From Escherichia virus KFS-EC3, in the sequence record MZ065353.1: 64,000 nt of DNA; one strand, given 5' to 3'. The notes under the pieces are model-generated. The model saw nothing but the letters and a program-made list of their open reading frames with translations, did not search any database and was not told where the DNA came from. Positions 57,947-64,000 of this stretch are shown here, piece by piece. Position 1 is the first letter of the stretch; each line of letters opens with the position of its first letter. Both the position numbers and the translations under genes were made by a program.

Positions 57947-58602
57947 ATTATGAAAAAATTTATAATTCACTAATTGATAGGGCTCGCAATAGAGCCCTTA
58001 CTGGATATAAAGAAAGACATCATATTATTCCGAAATGTTTAGGCGGTAGTAATGATGCTTCTAACTTGGTTGATTTAACTCCAGAAGAGCATTATGTTGC
58101 ACATCAGCTATTAGTAAAAATACACCCAAATTCTTTAAAATTATCTTATGCAGCCATAAAAATGACGGTTTCAACTAAATATGTTAGGAGAAATAATAAA
58201 GTTTATGGTTGGTTAAAAAGAAAACATGCAAATAATATTTCAAATACACAAACTGGACGAAAATATTATAATAATGGTAAAAGATGTATAAAATTACATG
58301 ATGGAGATATAATTCCTGGGGGATTTATTTTAGGAAGAGGATGGAGTCCGACACAAGGAACAACTCATTCTAGAAAAAATGACACGTTTAAAAACAAAAA
58401 GCTTCAATCTGCTTTAGCTAATAAACGGTGGGAAAAAGAAAAGAAAATAATGTTAGATAACTTTGGAGTTAACACTATTGATGAAGCAAAGAAAATTGTT
58501 CTTGATTTTAAATCAACTTGTCATCCAAGATATTGGCGAAAGCCAACTTTAGAAAAATTTCCATTTATGACTTCTGCTCGTTTAAGAAGTCTAATAAATT
58601 AA
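57928..58602 (+). CDS. free-standing HNH homing endonuclease inserted between genes 2 and 3
   Basis: 224 aa; [10 protein letters not shown]...[15 protein letters not shown]; N-terminal half closely parallels the ORF at 20101-20793; overlaps the gp2 3' end by 19 nt. Confidence 0.75.
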   Translation: MEQCTMNYEKIYNSLIDRARNRALTGYKERHHIIPKCLGGSNDASNLVDLTPEEHYVAHQLLVKIHPNSLKLSYAAIKMTVSTKYVRRNNKVYGWLKRKHANNISNTQTGRKYYNNGKRCIKLHDGDIIPGGFILGRGWSPTQGTTHSRKNDTFKNKKLQSALANKRWEKEKKIMLDNFGVNTIDEAKKIVLDFKSTCHPRYWRKPTLEKFPFMTSARLRSLIN

Positions 58603-58708
58603 TTCTATTATCTTCCATTCTTTTCTATTGTTTGTTCTAATTGGAATTGAATGGAAGGGACTTAGACCCATTATACCACCAACATTTATAAAGCATTATG
58701 AGGAATAT

Positions 58709-59239
58709 ATGTCGCAAGCACTACAACAAATTTTTAACCAAGCAAATACAACTAACTTTGTAGTATCAATACCACATAGTAATACTACATCTGCTTTTAC
58801 TTTAAATGCTCAGTCAGTTCCTATTCCGGGAATTAGGATACCTGTTACTGATACCGTGACTGGGCCGTTTGGACTAGGCCGAGCACAGCGTCCAGGAGTT
58901 ACATTTGAGTATGATCCACTCATCGTGAGATTTATAGTTGATGAAGAGCTTAAGTCGTGGATAGGAATGTATGAATGGATGCTAGGAACTAGTAACTATC
59001 TTACAGGCGAAAATACTGCCCAAAAAACAGGTCCTGAATACATTACGCTTTACATTTTAGATAACAGTAAAACTGAAATCGTGATGTCAATAAATTTTTA
59101 TAAGCCTTGGGTTTCTGACCTGTCTGAAGTAGAATTTAGCTACACGGAAGATTCAGACCCGGCTTTAGTATGTACAGCAACGATTCCTTATACGTATTTT
59201 CAAGTAGAAAAAGATGGCAAAATTATAGCAGAAGTTTAA
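58709..59239 (+). CDS. 3: tail completion / sheath stabiliser protein gp3
   Basis: 176 aa from the ATG at 58709 with GAGGAA RBS, matching T4 gp3; track ORF starts 27 codons upstream. Confidence 0.75.
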   Translation: MSQALQQIFNQANTTNFVVSIPHSNTTSAFTLNAQSVPIPGIRIPVTDTVTGPFGLGRAQRPGVTFEYDPLIVRFIVDEELKSWIGMYEWMLGTSNYLTGENTAQKTGPEYITLYILDNSKTEIVMSINFYKPWVSDLSEVEFSYTEDSDPALVCTATIPYTYFQVEKDGKIIAEV

Positions 59240-59263
59240 TGCTTCAGTTTCATGTGTTATAAT
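59240..59263 (+). promoter_or_regulatory. MotA-box middle promoter for gene 1
   Basis: TGCTTCA followed 11 nt later by TATAAT. Confidence 0.45.
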
Positions 59264-59288
59264 CTTAACTAAATTTGAGGAGAAACAT

Positions 59289-60001
59289 ATGAAACTAATC
59301 TTTTTAAGTGGTGTAAAGCGTAGTGGAAAAGATACTACTGCAGATTTTATTATGAATAATTATTCTGCAGTTAAATATCAACTTGCTGGTCCTATTAAAG
59401 ATGCATTGGCTTATGCATGGGGTGTATTTGCAGCAAACACTGACTATCCTTGTTTAACTCGTAAAGAGTTTGAAGGAATTGACTATGATCGTGAAACTAA
59501 TTTAAATCTGACTAAATTAGAAGTAATTACGATTATGGAACAAGCATTTTGCTATCTTAATAGTAAAAGCCCAATTAAAGGTGTGTTTGTTTTTGATGAC
59601 GCAGTTAATTTCGTAGCATTTAACAAGATTGCTGACGTTATAAATAATATTGAAGATCAATGGTCAGTCCGTCGTCTGATGCAAGCCCTAGGTACGGATT
59701 TGATTGTTAATAACTTCGACCGCATGTATTGGGTAAAATTATTTGCTTTAGATTATCTTGATAAATTTAACTCAGGTTATGATTATTATATCGTTCCTGA
59801 TACTCGTCAAGATCATGAAATGGATGCGGCTAGGGCGATGGGTGCTACAGTAATTCATGTAGTTCGTCCTGGTCAAAAATCCAATGATACACATATTACA
59901 GAAGCTGGATTGCCAATTCGTGATGGCGATTTAGTAATTACAAACGATGGTTCTCTTGAAGAACTTTTTTCTAAAATTAAAAATACACTAAAGGTACTAT
60001 A

Positions 60002-60002
<1 letters not shown>
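59289..60002 (+). CDS. 1: deoxynucleoside monophosphate kinase gp1
   Basis: 237 aa; P-loop GVKRSGKDT. Confidence 0.85.
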
Positions 60003-60699
<697 letters not shown>

Positions 60700-60712
60700 T
60701 TTCACAAAGTTG

Positions 60713-60744
60713 TTTACATGCTGATGAGGTAGTGATACTATTAT
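60713..60744 (+). promoter_or_regulatory. T4-type early promoter inside a stem-loop (PeSL-like cassette)
   Basis: GTTTAC, 17 nt, then ATACTATTAT; inverted repeat TGATGAG/CTCATCA. Confidence 0.5.
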
Positions 60745-60771
60745 CTCATCAAAATTAATTAGGAAAATAAA

Positions 60772-61029
60772 ATGAAAACTTTCAAAGAGTTTGCTACAAA
60801 AACCACTATCACTGAATCTTCTCACGGTATGGAAGTAAAGCTTGGAATGGCTTTAGCTGAAGCTGAGCGTCTTTTCTCTCGTATTAAAGAACTTGCTGCT
60901 GCAGTCGATCCTTCATCTTTTAAAGGAGACCAAACTAAAGTTAAAGCACTTTTAGCGTTATGCTCCGATGCAGGAGAAATTGCTAAAAATGGTTCTAAGA
61001 TGAAGAAACGATTAGAAGATTTAAAATAA
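60772..61029 (+). CDS. internal-protein-like protein with capsid targeting sequence
   Basis: 85 aa; N-terminus MKTFKEFATKTTITE resembles T4 internal protein leaders (MKTYQEFIAE) with an I-x-E protease site. Confidence 0.6.
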   Translation: MKTFKEFATKTTITESSHGMEVKLGMALAEAERLFSRIKELAAAVDPSSFKGDQTKVKALLALCSDAGEIAKNGSKMKKRLEDLK

Positions 61030-61042
61030 TTTCACAAAGTTG

Positions 61043-61073
61043 TTTACACAGGGTTTTAGTAGTGATACTATTA
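61043..61073 (+). promoter_or_regulatory. T4-type early promoter inside a stem-loop (PeSL-like cassette)
   Basis: GTTTAC, 17 nt, then ATACTATTA; preceded by the same 31-bp junction as the 60713 copy. Confidence 0.5.
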
Positions 61074-61106
61074 CCCTATCAAAACAAAATCAAATGGAAA
61101 TCAAAA

Positions 61107-61339
61107 TGAAAACTTTCAAAGAGTTTATCGCTGAATCTTCTGATGTAAAAGTTGAGTTTATTTACACTGGCAAGAAAGATAAAATGGGTGAAATGCCTTA
61201 TGGAGTTCTTCGTGATGCATTAGATAATTTCGGTCAACTCGCCGCAGAAGATTACGGTGATAAAATTGTTGTTACTGGTCCTGCTGCAGTTATTGAAAAA
61301 TGGGCAGCAGAAAATAAATCAATTTTTCGTAAAAAATAA
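61107..61339 (+). CDS. internal-protein-like protein with capsid targeting sequence
   Basis: 77 aa from the ATG at 61107 (MKTFKEFIAESSD...); track ORF starts upstream inside the promoter. Confidence 0.6.
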
Positions 61340-61371
61340 GTTTACTTTTAGATGGGGTAGTGATACTATTA
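61340..61371 (+). promoter_or_regulatory. T4-type early promoter inside a stem-loop (PeSL-like cassette)
   Basis: GTTTAC, 17 nt, then ATACTATTAT, then GAGGAGAA RBS. Confidence 0.5.
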
Positions 61372-61397
61372 TCTCATCAACTACTGAGGAGAATAAA

Positions 61398-61583
61398 ATG
61401 AAACGTTGTGAATTAATTCGAAATGTTGCTATTGCAATTTCTGCTTCTGCTTTTAGTTTTTCAATGTTTGTTGGATTTATATGCGGATTATTGACTACAG
61501 CAGAAAATGTTTTTTCACTTGTAGTAGCATTTTTAATTGGTTTAATTGCTATCGTTATGGATAAAATTTCTAAAGGTGAATAG
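61398..61583 (+). CDS. small predicted two-helix membrane protein
   Basis: 61 aa from the ATG at 61398 with two hydrophobic stretches; track ORF start at 61257 lies inside gene/promoter sequence. Confidence 0.5.
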   Translation: MKRCELIRNVAIAISASAFSFSMFVGFICGLLTTAENVFSLVVAFLIGLIAIVMDKISKGE

Positions 61584-61584
61584 A

Positions 61585-61965
61585 ATGTACAAAGTGTATG
61601 CGGATTATCAGGCTAATCCATCTGAAAAGCCAGGTTGTCAAATTGGATGGGCTCATGATACTTTGCTTGAAGCAGTAGATGCTGCTCAAAAATTGGGATA
61701 TAAATATGTAGAGATTGTTCAACCGTCAGGAAAAGTTATTACTCTTGAAGAGTTCAATAACATTAAACCAAACTTTTTACTTTTTGCAGGTGATAATTAT
61801 TATCCTCGTGGTGGATATGCTGATTTAATAGCGAAAGCCACCACTGAAGATGAACTCCGTGACATTATCAAAGAAAATGAAAACAAACCAGATTATGGTT
61901 CTAATCGCTTTGATTGGTGGCAAATTGTAAATGCCAATACGCATACTATTGTTGATGAAGGTTGA
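61585..61965 (+). CDS. hypothetical protein
   Basis: 126 aa from the ATG at 61585 with AAGGTG RBS. Confidence 0.5.
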   Translation: MYKVYADYQANPSEKPGCQIGWAHDTLLEAVDAAQKLGYKYVEIVQPSGKVITLEEFNNIKPNFLLFAGDNYYPRGGYADLIAKATTEDELRDIIKENENKPDYGSNRFDWWQIVNANTHTIVDEG

Positions 61966-62258
61966 TAATGATTCTTTATGCGAAAGTATCATCCATTGAA
62001 AATGGATATAAATATGATCAAGACGCGGCTAAAGCCTTGATTGATGATTATGGCATTTTAACATATTTTGAAGTTGAAAAGGTTTACATTGACCGTTCAT
62101 CTTCACAAGTTAAATTAGTGAAGGAAGACCGTAAATTTAATACAGTAAATTTTGATTTCTTTATCGAAACAGAAAAAGGTCCTCTTGAATATGATATTTT
62201 CAAGAATCCTTTGGGTCTTGAATGTATTAAATATACTTACATTAATGCAGCGTGGTGA
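61962..62258 (+). CDS. hypothetical protein
   Basis: 98 aa ORF overlapping previous stop. Confidence 0.45.
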   Translation: MIMILYAKVSSIENGYKYDQDAAKALIDDYGILTYFEVEKVYIDRSSSQVKLVKEDRKFNTVNFDFFIETEKGPLEYDIFKNPLGLECIKYTYINAAW

Positions 62259-62776
62259 AAATGAATATTTGTTTAGGTACTACAATTCCGCAGGGCTACG
62301 TAATTGATGTCACTACCTGGGAAAATGATGGTGACAACTATAAAACCAAAACATTGTTTGGCGTAGAAGAGCATGAAATCTTACAATTTCAGTATCTTTT
62401 AAAGAAGTTTAAAAGCAGATATTCTAGTACTAAAATTGAGCGCTATTGTGGTAATGGTTTGTTCAGCGAGCAATCTCTTTTTATTTATGAATACTTGGTT
62501 GAAGGACTGTTCTCAGATCAGCTTTATCCAGAATTCATTAAAAAGGTCTTTCGCATAGAAGTTGATCTTGGTAATAAATCTGAAGAAGATGAAGAACGTG
62601 TATTTGACTTATTCTTTGTGAATGGTAATAAAGTGCTTGAAGGACTTATTAATATTTTAGGTAATGCTTCTGAGTATTATGATTATGATTTTTTGCGTGT
62701 AGTTGAGAGTGTTAAATACTCTTATATAGAAGAAGAAATTGTTTTGCCGACCGTTAAAATGTTTAATTTGCTTTAA
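62252..62776 (+). CDS. hypothetical protein
   Basis: 174 aa ORF overlapping previous stop. Confidence 0.45.
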   Translation: MVKMNICLGTTIPQGYVIDVTTWENDGDNYKTKTLFGVEEHEILQFQYLLKKFKSRYSSTKIERYCGNGLFSEQSLFIYEYLVEGLFSDQLYPEFIKKVFRIEVDLGNKSEEDEERVFDLFFVNGNKVLEGLINILGNASEYYDYDFLRVVESVKYSYIEEEIVLPTVKMFNLL

Positions 62777-62793
62777 GAATTATTTGTTATTAT
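62769..62793 (+). promoter_or_regulatory. MotA-box middle promoter upstream of the tRNA cluster
   Basis: TGCTTTA followed 12 nt later by TATTAT; 29 bp identical to 1170-1197. Confidence 0.45.
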
Positions 62794-62862
62794 TAACTCA
62801 TACCGCACTGATTAATACCCTCTATCATCAAGGGTTCTTGCTTGAGAGCCTTTGTTAATAAT

Positions 62863-62935
62863 TGGGAATTAGCCAAGTTGGTAAGGCACTGGATTTTGAT
62901 TCCAGGATGCAAAGGTTCGAGTCCTTTATTCCCAG
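62863..62935 (+). tRNA. tRNA-Gln (anticodon UUG)
   Basis: hand-folded cloverleaf: acceptor TGGGAAT/ATTCCCA, anticodon loop TTTTGAT, T-arm AAAGG-TTCGAGT-CCTTT. Confidence 0.75.
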
Positions 62936-62936
62936 C

Positions 62937-63023
62937 GCGAGAATGGTCAAATTGGTAAAGGCACAGCACTTAAAATGCTGCGGAATGATTTCCTTGTGGG
63001 TTCGAGTCCCACTTCTCGTACCA
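62937..63023 (+). tRNA. tRNA-Leu (anticodon UAA)
   Basis: acceptor GCGAGAA/TTCTCGT, anticodon loop CTTAAAA, long variable arm, encoded CCA. Confidence 0.75.
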
Positions 63024-63029
63024 AAGTTT

Positions 63030-63101
<72 letters not shown>

Positions 63102-63113
63102 AAATTTAATTTA

Positions 63114-63187
63114 CTCCGTGTAGCTCAGTTTGGTAGAGCGTCTGCTTTGGGAGCAGAATGTCGTAGGTTCAAATCCTGCCGCGGAGA
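63114..63187 (+). tRNA. tRNA-Pro (anticodon UGG)
   Basis: acceptor CTCCGTG/CGCGGAG, anticodon stem TCTGC/GCAGA, loop TTTGGGA. Confidence 0.75.
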
Positions 63188-63189
63188 CT

Positions 63190-63276
63190 GGAGGCGTGGC
63201 AGAGTGGTTTAATGCACCGGTCTTGAAAACCGGCAGTCGCTCCGGCGACTCATAGGTTCAAATCCTATCGCCTCCG
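63190..63276 (+). tRNA. tRNA-Ser (anticodon UGA)
   Basis: acceptor GGAGGCG/CGCCTCC, anticodon loop CTTGAAA, long variable arm. Confidence 0.75.
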
Positions 63277-63283
63277 TAATTTC

Positions 63284-63356
63284 GCTGATTTAGCTCAGTA
63301 GGTAGAGCACCTCACTTGTAATGAGGACGTCGGCGGTTCGATTCCGTCAATCAGCA
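63284..63356 (+). tRNA. tRNA-Thr (anticodon UGU)
   Basis: acceptor GCTGATT/AATCAGC, anticodon stem CCTCA/TGAGG, loop CTTGTAA. Confidence 0.75.
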
Positions 63357-63362
63357 TATCAA

Positions 63363-63434
63363 GGCCCTGTAGCTGGAAGGTTCAAGCAAGCGACTCATAA
63401 TCGCCAGATGGTGGTTCAATTCCACCCAGGGCCA
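63363..63434 (+). tRNA. tRNA with CAU anticodon (Ile-type by T4 analogy, or Met)
   Basis: acceptor GGCCCTG/CAGGGCC, anticodon loop CTCATAA, T-arm GGTGG-TTCAATT-CCACC. Confidence 0.7.
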
Positions 63435-63475
63435 TATTTTGAGAACATAAATACTCTTAGAAATAGGAGATATTT

Positions 63476-64000
63476 ATGTTCCATTACATTTATAAAATAA
63501 CAAATAAAATTAATAATAAAATCTATATAGGCGCTCATTCTACCGAAAATTTAGATGATGGATATATGGGTTCTGGCAAATTATTAAAAAGAGCCCAAGA
63601 CAAGTATGGTATAGAAAATTTCTCTAAAGAAATATTAGAGTTCTTTGACGATAAAACCTCTATGTTTGAGTCAGAAAAGAATATTGTGACTGAAGAGTTT
63701 TTAAAGCGCCCTGATGTTTATAATTTGAAATTAGGTGGTGAAGGTGGTTGGGACCATTTAAACACTAAAGAATATTTGGATAAAAAGAAAGAAGCTTCCT
63801 TAAAAGGAGCTGCCGCTTTTAAAACCAGATTTGAGAACGACCCAGACCTTAAAGAAAAATATCGTAAAATGGGTTCAGAAAGGTTTAAACAGCTTTGGGA
63901 TAATCCTAAGTATAGAGAGAAATTTTTAAATACTAAATCTTTCTTGGGTAAGACCCATACTCCTGAAACTATTAATAAAATGAAAGAATCTCACGCCAGA
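63476..64000 (+). CDS. GIY-YIG homing endonuclease (segB-like by position), truncated by window end
   Basis: not in the supplied track (no stop within window); ATG at 63476 with AGGAG RBS; N-terminal YIY...YIGAH GIY-YIG module. Confidence 0.7.
   Translation, partial: MFHYIYKITNKINNKIYIGAHSTENLDDGYMGSGKLLKRAQDKYGIENFSKEILEFFDDKTSMFESEKNIVTEEFLKRPDVYNLKLGGEGGWDHLNTKEYLDKKKEASLKGAAAFKTRFENDPDLKEKYRKMGSERFKQLWDNPKYREKFLNTKSFLGKTHTPETINKMKESHAR

Noticed and set aside
58628-58708. 27-codon upstream extension of gene 3
   Set aside because: The ATG at 58709 has a GAGGAA RBS and yields the expected 176 aa.
61040-61106. Upstream extension of the second internal-protein ORF (track start 61040), and likewise the track starts at 61257 and 61546
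   Set aside because: These extensions run through promoter/RBS sequence or the preceding gene; the downstream ATGs at 61107, 61398 and 61585 each have an RBS.

Overview
The window is a densely packed segment of a T4-like (Tevenvirinae-type) myovirus genome: AT-rich, almost no non-coding DNA, gene order and protein lengths matching phage T4 nearly gene for gene. Order on the + strand: cd, gene 31, rIII, a block of small early ORFs, DNA ligase (30), two tandem Alt-type ADP-ribosyltransferase genes. Then a long minus-strand late block (54-48-29-28-27-51), a + block (26-25-uvsY), uvsW and homing endonucleases on the minus strand, inh-like/hoc/rnlB on +, and the head, neck, tail and baseplate genes 24 down to 53 on the minus strand. 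The right end carries 4-2-3-1-57A-57B, an internal-protein locus, seven tRNA genes and a partial segB-like endonuclease. I found no CRISPR array, no transposon and no interrupted (intron or intein) structural gene. I see no clearly novel multi-gene system; the candidates worth follow-up are accessory cargo at known hyperplastic spots: two diverged Alt paralogs, a NADAR-like ORF, two paralogous HNH endonuclease insertions, a Hoc Ig-domain duplication, two internal-protein-like ORFs with capsid-targeting N-termini, and repeated early-promoter stem-loop cassettes flanking small ORFs. All calls rest on reading the ORF translations, motifs and synteny by eye; no database search was run, and I could not identify which T4 relative this is.
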